Below are positions 10,575 to 23,960 of a DNA stretch of 64,000 bases, piece by piece. This DNA comes from Squalus acanthias (Eukaryota), in NCBI GenBank assembly GCA_030390025.1, contig CM059432.1, forward strand, positions 78,556,001 to 78,620,000, read 5' to 3'. The first letter of the stretch is position 1; each line of letters opens with the position of its first letter. The position numbers and the translations under genes were made by a program. The notes under the pieces were generated by a model. The model saw nothing but the letters and a program-made list of their open reading frames with translations. It did not search any database and was not told the DNA's origin.

Positions 10575-12226
10575 CTTCTTCTTAGGCAGTCCCTCGGAAC
10601 TGAGGATGACTTGCTTCCACACTAAAAATGAGTTCTCTGGTGACTGATGAGTCCAATGCGGGACCTACAGTCTCTGCCACAGATGGGGCAGACAGTGGTT
10701 GAAGGGGCGGGTGGGTGGGGTGCTGGGGTTGACGTGCAGTCCTTCCGCTGTTTGCGCTTGGCTTCCGCTTGCTCCCGGCGAAGAGACTTGAGGCGTTCGG
10801 CGCCTTCCCGGATGCTTCTCCTCCACTTTGTGCGGTCTTGGGCCAGGGATTCCCAGGTGTCGGTGGGGATGTTGCACTTTTTCAACGAGGCTTTGAGGGT
10901 GTCCTTGAAGCGTTTCCTCTGCCCACCTGGGGCTCTCTTGCCGTGTTGGAGCTCCGAGTAGAGCACTTGTTTTGAGAGTCTCGTATCGGGCATGCGGACG
11001 AAGTGACCCGTCCATCGGAGCTGATCGAGCGCGGTCAAAGCTTCGATGCTGGGGATGTTGGCCTGAGCGAGAACACTGACGTTGGTGCGCCTATCCTGCC
11101 AATGGATTTGCAGGATCTTGCAGAGGCAGCATTGGTGGTACCTCTCCAGTGCTTTGAGGTGCCTGCTGTACATGGTCCATGTCTCTGAAGCATACAGGAG
11201 GGTGGGTATCACTACTGCTCTGTAGACCATGAGCTTGGTGCTGGGTTTGAGGTCCTGGTCTTCAAACACTCTCTTCCTGAGGTGACTGAAGTCTGCACTG
11301 GCACACTGAAAGCAGTGTTGGACTTCGTCATCGACGTCTGCCCTTGTTGACAGTAGGCTCCCGAGGTATGGAAAGTGGTTCACGTTGTCCAAGGCCTCAT
11401 CATGGATTTTGATAATCGTGGAGCAGTACTATGTGGCGGGGGCAGGTTGGTAGAGGACCTTTGTCTTACGGATGTTTAGTGTAAGGCCAATGCTCTCGTA
11501 TGCTTCGGTGAAGGTGTTGACGATGGTTTGGAGTTCGGCCTCAGAGTGTGCGCAGACGCAAGCGTCGTCTGCATACTGTAATTCGATGACAGAGGATGAG
11601 ATGACCTTGGATCTGGACTGGAGGCGATGGAGGTTGAACAGTTTCCCATTTGTTCTGTAGATTAGCTCCACTCCAGCGGGGAGCTTACTGAGAGTGAGAT
11701 GGAGCATTGCAGCCAGGAAGATCGAGAAGAGCGTTGGCGCGATGACACAGCCTTGCTTGACCCCGGTCTGTACGTGAATTGGGTCTGTGGTGGATCCGTT
11801 GGTCAGGATCACGGCTTGCATGTCGTCGTGAAGCAGGTGGAGGATGGTGACAAACTTTTGAGGGCAGCCGAATTTGAGGAGGACACTCTCAATCTCTCAC
11901 GGTTGACGGTGTCGAAGGTCTTTGTGAGGTCAAAGAAGGTCATGTACAGCGGTTGGTGCTGTTCCCTGCATTTCTCTTGCAGTTGATGCGCGGTGAAGAT
12001 CATGTCCATTGTGCCCCTTAGTGGGCGGAATCCGCATTGCGACTCTGGGAGGAGCTCTTCAGCCACTGGGAGAAGGCGATTGAGGAGGATTCTTGCGATG
12101 ACTTTCCCTGTGGCAGACAGCAGGGAGATTCCTCTGTAATTACCGCAATCGGACTTGTCACCTTTCTTGAAGATGGTCACGATTTCGGTGTCTCTGAGAT
12201 CCCCTGGCATGCTCTCCTCCTTCCAA
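10575..12226 (-). mobile_element. 5'-truncated RTE-clade LINE
   Basis: RT motifs NYRGISLL, GVKQGCVIAP, LQYADD; C-terminal GGQRKRFKD and CPICGRDCRSRIGLISHQRTH; (GAA)n tail; 12-bp TSD AGTTGGGCATGT (10563-10574, 12227-12238). Confidence 0.93.
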
Positions 12227-12749
12227 AGTTGGGCATGTGCAGCAGGTGGCACAGCCAGGGACCAATGGGAACAGTTCCCAGCAGTCAGCTAAGTAGTGCT
12301 GGGTGGGGCAGGTGGTCGGGGTGGTACGCCCGGGGTCCTAAGTTTTCTTGCAAATTAACATGATAGGAGCGCACAGCCTAGCGAGGAACGTGCTGCTCAC
12401 AGGCTGTGCGCTCATCAGTGGGCCAAAGTTCGCACACTGGACTGCCCTCTGCACATAAAAAATTAAAAGTCCTTCAGAACTAGGCAGTCTGTAGCTCTTA
12501 AAGCTGAACTGCCTTCTGCACATAAAAAAAATCTAAAAGTGCTTCAGCACTAACACAAATGGCTCAACAGGCCAGGGAAAGGGCATCCAGGGTCTCAGAC
12601 ACAGCACTCCAGTTTTGTGCAAGGGGTCAACAATGCAAGAGGGGTCCTCTACCCACAGGGGGCCAGGAGCCCTCCAGAACAAAAGATGTGGGATCAGATC
12701 TCTTAGGCCGTTACTGACAGCAGTGTTGCACCCAGGACCTGGCTCCAGT

Positions 12750-13900
12750 GCCCAAAGAAGTTTCATGACCTCAGACCAGTGGTCAAGGTCAGTGAATGCA
12801 TCTTCAAAAGCTGTCTCCTACCAACTGCAACACTAGCCTCACACACTGCTTAATGCATGACCTCCCCCCGCCCCCCCCCCCACCCCCGGCCCCCATCACT
12901 CACCTATCAACAATCTCTACCAAACATGAGGCACACCTCACATTCCTAGCTTCACCTCACCCCCTTGTAGGAGACGGTGCTGGCCATTCTTGGCAGGTGC
13001 ATGGCTGAGCTCTTGGCCAGCGGTGGGACTGAAAGAATACAAGATGCTGGTATCCTCATATGTTATCCTCTTTCTCACATCCCACAATCTCTTCTGATTA
13101 ACAAGCTGCACATGGTGTAAACATGCACCTCTTGCTTTCCCGCCCTCCCCTCAACACAACCCTACGCTTGTGCCTTCCTCATTTCAGACACCCAAGAAAT
13201 CCAACCTGCCCAGCCAGTGGGTCAATAAGAAGAGGGAGAGGAGAGTGAAGAAGAAGAAGAAACACCATCACTCGGTTTCACAGTCCCAGCCACGAGCTTC
13301 TTGAGGTGGTCTGCAAGGCCATCTGCAGTGTCCCCCACTGAAAGTCAGCAGCCTTCCACCAGCCTGCTGCAGCCACTGAGGTAGCACTGCATGACATCAC
13401 TAGGATAGGCAAAGGCACAGGCAAGAAAGTCATTAAGGGAATGCACAAGGGTGATTAGTTGATTTTTTGATGTAATATTGGATGCATATATGGATAAAGT
13501 TTGATTGGAAGGTTTGCTTTGTGGTGGCTTTTATTTCAGCTTTGTGGCCAAGAGGATGCTGTGATGGTCAGTAATAGAGAGAAGGTAAGGTGTGGGACAA
13601 ATGTTGAAAGGGGAATTGGGGTTGCGTTCAGTGGTACTGCAGGTGGATGATTCGATCCCGGATATCCCGGCCAGAAAGGGGCTGTGTGGGTTGCCTCCTT
13701 TCTTCTGCTTTTTCCTCTTCTGCTTCCTGCTCTTCTGTTTCCCCCTCTTTCTGCAAACAGCTTGTCCCCTTTGCTGCCTCTGCTCCATCTCCATGTGATG
13801 CTGTAAGGGGGACTGCAACTAGAGCCTACAGGACTGGGAGCAAGTGGTCTTCTCAGAGACCTTCCTTTAACCACCAAAGCCTTGCAAACGTCCAGCAGCA
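12750..13900. mobile_element. Old Harbinger relic (Myb-like gene on +, transposase end on -)
   Basis: AAGAAGTTTCATGACCTC exon end at ~12756; 13300-13630 is an inverted homolog of 8370-8690. Confidence 0.6.
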
Positions 13901-13969
13901 CTCCTGCACTCCTTAACAACTTTTTTAATGTATTGCACCAAGCCACTACTTCAATAAAATGTAAAAAAA

Positions 13970-14650
13970 ATCAGTCTGCCATGTGGAACCTTATCAAAAG
14001 CCTTGCTAAAGTCCATATACACTACATCAAACACACTACCCTCATCTACCCTCCTTGTTACCTCCTCAAAACATTCAATCAAGTTTGTCAGACATGACCT
14101 TCCCTTAACAAATCCGTGCTGACTATCCTTGATTAATCCATGTCTTTCTAAATGAAGATTTATCCTGTCCTTCAGAATTCTTTCCGATAATTTTCCCACC
14201 ACCTAGGTTAGGCTGACTGGCCTGTAATTACTCGGTCTATCCTTTTCTCCCTTTTTAAACAAGGGTACCATGTTAGCAGTCCTCCAGTCCTCAGGCACCA
14301 CACCTGAAGCCAGAGAGGATTGGAAAATGATGGTCACGGCCTCTGCTATTTCCTCTATTGCTTCGCTTAACAGCCTGGGATACATTTCATCCGGGCCTGG
14401 GGATTTATCCACTTTTAAAGCTGCTAAACCCCCTTAATACTTCCTCTCTCACTATGTTTACTTCATCTAATATTTCACACTCCTCCCCGGTAGCAATGTC
14501 TGCTTCGCCACCTCCTTTGTGAAAACAGGCGCAAAGTATTCATTAAGAACTCTACCGACGTCTCCTGCCTCCACACACAGATTACCCTCATGATCTCTAA
14601 TAGGCCCTACCCTTTCTTTAGTTATCCTCTTACTCTTAATATATTTATAA
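13970..14650 (-). mobile_element. CR1 LINE fragment
   Basis: KSPGPDEMYPR, NYRPVSLT, QHGFVKGRSCLTNL, DFSKAFDKVPH. Confidence 0.9.
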
Positions 14651-14865
14651 ATGTAAAGTCTTACAAAAGTCCAGACCGCCCACCTTGAAGGAAGCAAAGA
14701 AAATATCGAGCGCCTTTCAGGACGTCCCAAAGTGCTTTACAACCAATGAAGTCTTTTTTTTGAATTGTAGTCATAGAATCATAGAATACTCCAGCACAAA
14801 AGGCGGCCATTTGGCCCATTTAGTCTGCACAGGCTCGTTTGAAGAGCAATCCAGTTAGAGTCATA

Positions 14866-15602
14866 GGGGTAAAAATTGAGTCGCGCCCCATTTGGGGCGC
14901 TAACCTCGCTACTTTTAGCGCCCCGAAAAAATTAGCGGCCCCGCGCCGGAACTTCAGTGGTTGCGCCCCAAGAGGGAAGTGGGGCGCCACTGGAAGCACC
15001 CCGCATCCCTCTTGGGGCGCTGCGAGGGAAGGCGCTGCGGCACATCGCACCGCGGTATTGCAGGCCTTCCTCCCCTTCTTAAAGGGGAGGGACCCTGCGC
15101 AGCGCGAACCGGGGCCCAGCTGGGCCCCCAGGGATCGGGAGTGCCGGCAAAAGAGCCCGGCACTCAAGAGAAGTGCCGGGCTCTTGGAGCGCAGCCGGCA
15201 CTTCACGGTGCGGGGGCTTCACGGGGGCCGGGGACAGCAACGGGGGCAGGTGCTGGCAGGCGGCCAGCAACAAAAATGGCCGCCTGCCACCTCCCCTTTA
15301 AATATCGCCGCCCCGGCCGCACGTACGCCTCCCTGAACCCGTCGGACATAGCGTCTGGCGGTAAATCAGGGGGCGCGACTGAAGATCGCGGCTGGAGCGC
15401 GAGCGGGGTGCTGCGCACGGCGATGACGTCATCGCCGGCGGCGCAGCGCCACAGGGCGCTACCGGCTGGCGCCGCCGCTAACCTCCCGCTGAATTTTTCG
15501 GGAGGCGTGGGCGGCGCTGCGCCCGGGCGTTAGCTGCTTTACGCCCCATTAGCACCCTCTTAAGGCGCTAACGGGAGGCGCAAGCAGCTGAATTTTTCCC
15601 CC
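14866..15602. mobile_element. Harbinger family A MITE
   Basis: TIRs GGGGTAAAAATT / AATTTTTCCCCC; TSD ATA; subterminal regions resemble 43947-48396. Confidence 0.88.
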
Positions 15603-17066
15603 ATAGAGTCATAGATTTATACAGCACAGAAAGAGGCCCTTCAGCCCATCGTGTCTGCGCCGGCCATCAAGCCCTGTCTATTCTAATCCCATTTTCCAGC
15701 ACTTGGTCCGTAGCCTTGTATGCTATGGCGTTTCAAGTGCTCATCTAAATGCTTCTTGAATGTTGTGAGGGTTCCTGCCTCTATCACCCTTTCAGGCAGT
15801 GAGTTCCAGATTCCAACCACCCTCTGGGTGAAAAAGTTTTTCCTCAAATCCCCTCTAAACCTCCTGCCCCTTACCTTGAAACTATGCCCCCTGGTTATTG
15901 ACCCCTCTACTAAGGGGAAAAGTTCCTTTCTATCTATCCTATCTAGGCCCCTCATAATTTTGTACACCTCAATCAGGTCCCCCCTCAGCCTTCTCTGCTC
16001 TAAGAAAACAACCCCAGCCTGTCCAGTCTCTCTTCATAGCTGAAGCGCTCCAGCCCAGGTAACATCCTGGTGAATCTCCTCTGCACCCTCTCCAATGCAA
16101 TCACATCCTTCCTATAGTGTCGCGACTAGAACTGCACACAATATTCCAGCTGTGGCCTAACTAGCGTTTTGTACAGCTCCATCATAACCTCCCTGCTCTT
16201 ATATTCTATGCCTCGGCTAATGAAGGCAAGTATCCCATATGCCTTTTTAACCACCTTATCTACCTGTCCTGCTGCCTTCAGGGGTCTATGTACATGCACA
16301 CCAAGGTCCCTCTGATCCTCTGTCCTTCCTAGGATCCTACCATTCATTGTGTATTCCCTTGCCTTGTTAGTCCTCCCAAAATGCATCATCTCACACTTTT
16401 CAAGATTAATTTCCATTTGCCACTGTTCTGCCCATCTGACCAACCCGTCTATATCGTCCTGTAGCCTGAGGCTTCCCTCCTCGCTATTTACCACCCCACC
16501 AATTTTCGTGTCATCTGCGGACTTACTGATCATACCTCCTACATTCATATCTCAATCATTAATGTACACTACAAACAGCAAAGGACCCAGCACCGATCCC
16601 TGCGGTACAACACTGGACACAGGCTTCCAGTCACAAAAACAACCTTCGACCATCACCCTCTGCCTCCTGCCACTAAGCCAATTTTGGATCCAATGTGCCA
16701 AATTGCCCTGGATACCATGGGCTCTTACCTTCTTGACCAGTCTCCCATGCGGGATTTTGTCAAAAGCCTTACTGACATCCATGTAGACTACATCAACTGC
16801 ACTACCCTCATCCACACATAGTCACCCCCTCGAAAAATTCAATCAAATTGGTTAGACATGATCTCCCCCTGACAAAGCCATGCTGACTATCCTTGATTAA
16901 TCCTTGCCTCTCCAAGTGGAGACTAATTCTGTCCCTCAGAATTTTTTCCAATAATTTCCCTACCACTGATGTTAGGCTCACTGGCCTGTAATTTCCTGGT
17001 TTATCCCTACTACCCTTCTTGAATAATGGTGCTATGTTAGCTGTCCTCCAGTCCTCTGGCACTACT

Positions 17067-17108
17067 TCACCTGAGGAAGGGGCGATCGATAGCTCCGAAA
17101 GCTTGTGA
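17067..17108 (+). ncRNA. Minimal type I hammerhead ribozyme motif
   Basis: TCAC-CTGAGGA-A-GGGGC..GCTCC-GAAA-GCTT-GTGA: stem I TCAC/GTGA, conserved core, palindromic AAGCTT; inside a ~136-bp insert (17063-17198) in CR1. Confidence 0.75.
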
Positions 17109-18419
17109 TTTAAAATAAAACTGTTGGACTATAACCTGGTGTTGTGCGACCTCTCAATTTTGTCCACCCCAGTCCAACACCGGCATCTCCGCATCATGAC
17201 CTCCCCTGTGGCCAGAGAGGTTCTGAAAATTTGTGTCAGAGCCCCTGCAATCTCCTCCCTTGCCTCACACAGCAGCCTGGGATACGTCTCGTCTGGGCCT
17301 GGGGATTTATACACTTTTAAGCCCGCTAAAACCGCTAGTACCTCCTCCCTCTCAATACTAATTTGTTCAAGTATATCACAATCCCCCTGCCTGATTTCTA
17401 TGCCTACATCGTCCTTCTCCATAGTGAACACAGATGCAAAATATTCATTTAAAACCTCACCCACATCTTCCGGCTCTACACACAGATTGCCACTTTGGTC
17501 CCTACTCTTTCCCTGGTTATCCTCTTGCCCTTAATATACTTATAAAACACTTTGGGATTTTCCTTTATTTTGCCCGCCAGTGTTTTTTCATGCCCCCTCT
17601 TTGCTCTCCTAATTTATTTTTTAAGTACCCCCCTGCATTTTCTATACTCCTCTAGGGCTTCCACTGTTTTTAGTCCTTTGTATCTGCCAAAAGCCTCCCT
17701 TTTTTTCCAAATCCATTCTTGTATATCCCTTGACATCCAGGGATCCCTGGGCTTGTTGGTCCCACCCTTGATCTTTATGGGAACATGTTGGTGTTGTACT
17801 CTCTCTATTTCCTTTCTGAATAACTCCCACTGCTCTGATGTGAATTTTCCTACGAGTAGCTTATCCCAATCCACTTTGGCCACATCCTGCCTTATCATAT
17901 TAAAATCGGCCTTCCCCCAATTTAGAACCTTTATTTCCAGTCCATCTTTGTCCTTTTCCATGACTACCTTAAATCTCATCGAATTATGGTCACTGTCACC
18001 AAAATGCTCTCCTACTGACACTTCTACCACTAGTTCTACTCCCCCACTGTTGTAATGTAGGAAACACGGCAGCAAATCTTACGCAAAGCAAACTCCCACA
18101 AACAGCAATGTGATAATGACCAGATAATCTGTTTTTGTTATGCTGATTGAGAGATAAATATTGGCCAGGACACCAAGGATAACTCTGCTGCTCTTCTTCG
18201 AAATAGTGCCATTGGATCTTTTACGTCCACCTGAGAGTGCCTCAGTTTAATGTCTCATCTGAAAGATAGCACCTCTGACAGTGCAGCACTCCTTCAGTAC
18301 TCCACTGGAGTGTCAGACTAGATTTTTGTGCTCTAGTCTCTGGAGTGGGACTTGAACCCACAACCTTCTGACTCTGAGGCAAGAATGCTACCCACTGAGC
18401 TATGGCTGACAAAAATCCC

Positions 18420-19300
18420 AGTCTTGTCATCACCCTCTCCATTCTGCCAGCTCCAGTAGCTGTCTTCTATTCAGATCATCTCATACACAAGCTGGGTTAT
18501 TTTGATCAATGTTACTCCATTTAAAATTAATGGGCTAATATTGGCATTAAACTAATGTGAAAATCTTGGCTAGAGAGTCACCATCTCAGCTTTGTCTTCC
18601 ACATACTCTTTCCCAGCTAAGGTTTCATCATCTTCTGAGGATACTAATCTTCAGCAATATAGAACACATGCCCCACCTATCACAATCTTTTCACTGTAAC
18701 ATCCTTTCAAATTCAAGTAAAATCCATCAAGCAGCCTTCCAGCCAGATCTTCTCCTAGTATGGTCATAATATTGGTCTTTGGTTTTAGTCTTGGACTTTT
18801 CTACTGCATCGAATTCTTTATTCATCACCATGGCATCAACTAAGGATCCAGTGAGAATGATAACTTCATCTGTGTATTTTAGGTTCTTTTCTAGGTCCTG
18901 TTATTTACATGTACAGGCTCATCACTTTCCCATTGTCTTATTCTTGATATGGTCCACTACATTATTGAAGAATGACACAATGTCGTCCTGATGGACTCCT
19001 GTCTTCATTTGCACACTAATTACAGAATGTCTGAAGCAGTACCTTTTCACAATTATGCTTTACAGAAGTGTTAGTCTCTGCCTCGCTCTTACGGGACATG
19101 GGAGAAAATTAAATATTTGGGTATTAAATTTGATTTGGACTAGGACAAAATGGTGAATCTGATGTTACTCATGCTGTGGTAGCAAATTCCATATGAAGAG
19201 TATGACCAAAAATACACTCTGGAGCTCAGTAACCATCATTCCTTTTTAACACAACAGCAGCATCTGTTTCTTTTATCCTGTGTTCACAAGATTTTTGCAA
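18420..19300 (-). mobile_element. Ancient RTE-like LINE relic
   Basis: Minus strand reads KTGVHQDDIVS..FNNVVD (~18940-19007) and YTDEVII (~18855-18876), degenerate TGVRQG and YADD motifs. Confidence 0.45.
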
Positions 19301-19719
19301 ATTATAAAATACATTTTAACAATTACCTAAAAAGACAGCATGTAAAACAATTAGACAACAGGATTGCTCACCATACTGAGAGTTTCTTCAGAACCATACC
19401 TGATCAGACAGGAGGTCTAGGCTGTAATCCCCTGCAGCAATTAAAATGTAACAATGCTAAAATGGGTTCGGTGAAATAACTCCTCAGGTGCTGGCAATGT
19501 ACCAAATTCCTTTGTATAGCTTCTTCTTTTACTCACAATTTTGAATGAATTTTCCAACCATTAGCAATACATTGGTCTGGTGGATCCTAGAAATTCCTCC
19601 CCTTTCTGCTCTGCTCACATGTCCCATCATGTCCTCCCTTGCTCCCTCACTCCCTCCCTCCCTCCCTCACTCACTCAATCCCTGTTAGTGAATGCTCTAA
19701 ATGTAGTCCTTGATGAAGG

Positions 19720-22315
19720 CAAATTATTGACCTGGTTAGGAAATTGACTGAGCGGCAGGAGACAGAGAGTAGGGATAATGGGATGTGGCTAGTGGTGTCC
19801 AGCAGGGATCTGTGTTGGGGCCTCAACTATTCACCATATTTATTAATGACTTAGATGATGGGATAGAAAGCCACATATTCAAATTTGCCGATGACACAAA
19901 GATAGGCAGCATTACGGGCAGTGTAGATGAAAGCATAAAATTACAAAGGGATATTGATAGATTAAGTGAATGGACAAAACTGTGGCAAATGGACTTTAAT
20001 GTAGGCAAATGTGAGGTCATCCACTTTGGACCTAAAAAGGATAGAACAGGGTACTTTCTAAATGGTGAAAAGCTAAAAACAGTGGAGGGCCAAAGAGACT
20101 TGGGGGGTCCAGGTACATAGATCATTAAAATGTCATGAACAGGTACAGAAAATAATGAAAAAGGCTAATGGAATGCTGGCCTTTATATCTAGAGGACTCG
20201 AATTCAAGGGGGTAGAAGTAATGCTACAGCTATACAAAACCCTGGTTAGACCACACCTGGAGTACTGTGAGCAGTTCTGGGCACCACACCTTAGGAAGGA
20301 TATATTGGCCTTGGAGGGAGTGCAGCATAGGTTCACCAGAACGATACCCGGACTCCAAGGGTTAAGTTATGAGGAGAGATTACTCAAATTAGAGTTGTAT
20401 TCCCTCAAATTTAGAATGTTAAGGGGTGATTTGATCGAGATTTTCAAGATAATCTTCCAAAATTCCCTAGATTCTGGAATGGTCCCAGTGGATTGGAAGG
20501 TCGCAAATGTAACACTGCTATTCAAGAAAGGAGGGAGAGAAAAAACAAGGAACTACAGGCCAGTTAGCCTGACATCAATCGTCGGGAAAATGCTGGAATC
20601 CATTGTTAAGGAAGTGGTATCAAGTCACTTAGAAAATCATAACATGATTAGACAGAGTCAACATGGTTTTATGAAAGGGAAATCGTGTTTGACAAATTTA
20701 TTAGAGTTTTTTGAGGATGTAACTAGCAGGGTAGAGAAAGGGGAACAAGTGGATGTAGTATATTTGGATTTCCAAAAGGCATTCGATAAGGTGCCACATA
20801 AAAGGTTATTACACAAGATTAGGGCTCATGGGGTTGGGGGTAATATAGTAGCATGGATAGAGGATTGGTTAAAGGACAGAAAACAGAGAGTAGGGATAAA
20901 CGGATCTTTTTCAGGTTGGCAGACTGTAACTACTGGGGTGCCGCAAGGATCAGTGTTGGGGCCTCAGCTATTTACAATCTATATTAATGACCTAGATGAA
21001 GGGACCGAGTGTAATGTATCCAAGTTTGCTGATGATACAAAACTAGGTGGGACAGTAAGCTATGAGGAGAACATAGTCTGCAAAGGGATATAGATAGACT
21101 AAGTGAGTGGGCATTAAGGTGGCAGATGGAGTATAATGTAGGTAAATGTGAGGTTATTCACTTTGGTAGGAAGAATAGAAAAACAGAATATTTTTTAAAT
21201 GGTGAGAAACTTTCAAATATTGGTGTTCAGAGAGATTTGGATGTCCTCGTGCAAGAAACACAGAAAGCTAGCGTGCAGGTACAACAAGCAATAAGGAAGG
21301 CAAATGGCATGTTGGCCTCTATTGCAAGGGGGTTGGAGTATAAGAGTAAGGAAGTCTTGCTACAATTGTACAAGGCCTTGGTGAGACCACACCTGGAGTA
21401 CTGTGCACAGTTTTGGCCTCCTTATCTAAGGAAGGATATACTTGCCTTGGAGACGGTGCAACAAAGGTTCACTAGATTGATTCCTGGGATGAGAGGGCTG
21501 TCCTATGATGAGAGATTGTGTAGAATGGGCCTATACTCGCTGGAGTTTAGAAGAATGAGAGGTGATCTCATTGAAACATACAAGATTCTGAAGGGGATTG
21601 ACAGGGTAGATGCTGTGAGGTTGTTTCCCCTGGCTGGAGTGTCTAGAACTAGGGGGCATAGTCTCAGAATAAGGGGTAGGCCATTTAAGACTGAGATGAG
21701 GAGGAATTTCTTCACTCAGAGGGTTGTGAATCTTTGGAATTCTCTGCCCCAGAGGGCTGCGAATGCTGAGTCTTTGAGTATATTCAAGACTGAGATAGAT
21801 AGATTTTTGGACTCTAGAGGAATCAAGGGATATGGAGATCGGGCGGGAAAGTGGAGTTGATGTCGATGATCAGCCATGATCTTATTGAATGGTGGAGCAG
21901 GCTCGAGGGGCCTTATGGGTTACTCCTGCTCTTATTTCTTATGTTATGATGTTCTTATAATAAGGGGAACAGATAGGGTAGATAAAGAGAATCTATTTCC
22001 GCTGGTTTGGGATTCTAGGACTAGAGGGCATAGTCTAAAAATTAGAGCCAGACCTTCCAGGAGTGAAATTAGGAAACACTTCTACACACAAAGGGTGGTA
22101 GAAATTTGGAACTCTCTTCCGCAAACAGCAATTGATAATAGATCAATTGTTAATTTTAAATCTGAGAGTGATAGATTTTTGTTAAATAAGGGTATTAAGG
22201 GATATGGGGCAAAGGCGAGTATATGGAGTTAGGTTGCAGATCAGCCACAATCTCATTGAATGGCGGAGCAGGTTCGAGGGGCTAAATGCCTACTCCTGTT
22301 TCTATGTTCATATGT
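19720..22315 (+). mobile_element. CR1 LINE with a second CR1 nested at ~20448-21955
   Basis: RT motifs occur twice; outer copy breaks at GDLIEIFK and resumes IRGTDRVDKE; two CR1 3' UTRs. Confidence 0.9.
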
Positions 22316-22359
22316 TTTTCACTTTGCGGTTTAGCTGGTGATTGAGAATGATTATCAAA

Positions 22360-22610
22360 GATGACACACCATCACTTCCAAATTCCCCTCCAAGCAACAC
22401 ACCATTCTGACTTGGACAAAAATCACCATACCTTCATCATCGCTGGGTTAATATCCTGGAATTCCCTACTTAATAGCATAGTGGAAGCACCATCAGCACA
22501 AGAACTGCAGCGGTTCAAGGAGAAGGCCCACTACCACTTTCTCAGGGCTACTAGGGATAGGCAGCAAATGCTGCCTTGCCAGCATCACCTCAATCCTGAG
22601 AAGTAATTTT
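22360..22610 (+). mobile_element. Diverged 3' end of the CR1/L2-group LINE seen at 30300-31173
   Basis: Similar 3' sequence (CAGCGGTTCAAGGAGAAGGCCCACTACCAC). Confidence 0.7.
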
Positions 22611-23449
22611 TTTTAAACTTTGTTTGCAAGACCATCTGACACAGATTTACCACAAATTCTGTCATGTTATTGCTGGAAATAAAGTGTTGTTGACAATTGT
22701 TATTCCACATTATAAAAATTATATTGTGCACTACAAATGCTTAGGCACATTTAACACATACATCTTGGGGGTCCCTGTACATGAAAGGGACATCTCTTTA
22801 AAAAACGTTCACTGGTTCATTGCAGATGGATGACTACCTGTGCAGATCTTAATGGACCAAGTGTCACACCTTAGTCACAACTTCCATGGTAACCCTAAAG
22901 CATCCTGACGTACTGCTGCTTTGCATGCACAGGTAACTTGCAGTCTACCTATGCTTGGGTACTGCCGCTATGAATAATGCCCTCTGTTTCGCTGTGCTGC
23001 CCTCTCCTCCTCTTGCTCCACTATGATATACCACTACACCCTTGCCTTCTTGGAGAACACTCCTCTCCAGTATTCACCAATTTAAGTGCTGTAATACCAC
23101 AAAAAAATTCTCTTCATTAAACTCATTAAGGCTAGTCTTGACCTGGAGTAAAATACTCACTTTTCAATTTGACTGTTTACTAATAATGACCTTAACACAG
23201 TCTTAAAAAGACAAAATTAAAAAGCAAGTAATTTTTTTAAAGGTTTCCTTATGGGCCAGGAGCAGCAGGTGTGCTCCACCAGGCCCCAAAATGAAACCTA
23301 GGGCCACGGGCTTCCCTCCTTCGACCATGATCGCCTACCTACCCCTCCCCCACCAGTTACCTGACTGTCTGGGACTGTTCTCACAGGTCCAGTTAGAATC
23401 AGGGTTTTTAAGTCACTTTTCACTGATGTTTGATGATCCATTTTTGGAG

Positions 23450-23960
23450 GTATAGGAGCAGGAATAGGCCATTCAGCCCCTCGAGCCTGTTCCACCATTC
23501 AATTAGATCATGGTTGATCTGTATCTTAACCCCATTTATCTGCCTTTGCTCCATAGCCCTTGATTCCCTTACAACAACAGCAACAACTTGTATTTATATA
23601 GTACCTTTAACGTAGTAAAACATCCCAAGGCACTTCACTACTTAACAAAAATCTATCAATCTCAGTCTTGAAAGCTTCAATTGACTCAGCAACCACTGCC
23701 TTTTGGGGGAATGAGTTCCAGATTTCCAGTACCCTTTTTGTGAAGAAGTGTTTCCTGGTTTCACTCCTGAATGGCCTGGCTCTAATTTTAACATTATGCC
23801 CTCTTGTTGTGGATTCTCTCACCAGAGGAAAGAGATTTTCTTTATCTACCCTATCGAATCTTTTTATTGTTTTAAACACCTTGATTAGATCACTCCTCAA
23901 CCTTCTAAACTCAAAGGAATACTTCAAGTTTATGCAACCTTATCTCATAATTTAACCCTT
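23450..23960 (-). mobile_element. CR1 3' fragment with a short SINE/L2-tail insert (~23571-23638)
   Basis: EFRRLRSDLIKVFK, RGHNVKI; CR1 3' UTR. Confidence 0.8.

Larger units (their letters stand above)
14773..18046 (-). mobile_element. CR1 LINE(s), 5'-truncated, hosting a MITE and a hammerhead insert
   Basis: GDSDHN endonuclease end, RT motifs [31 protein letters not shown] tail units. Confidence 0.92.
14690..18410 (-). mobile_element. Deu-domain tRNA SINE (SacSINE1/AmnSINE1-like) split by CR1 insertion
   Basis: tRNA-like head and Deu core at ~18047-18410; its tail (CCTTTCAGGACGTCCCAAAGTGCTTTACA) at ~14690-14772. Confidence 0.75.

Noticed and set aside
14820..15533. Multiple 100-190 aa ORFs in GC-rich MITEs (also 7096-7775)
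   Set aside because: Stop-poor GC-rich non-coding sequence with no domain motifs
18330..18410. tRNA gene
   Set aside because: It is the tRNA-derived head of a SINE, continuous with the Deu core
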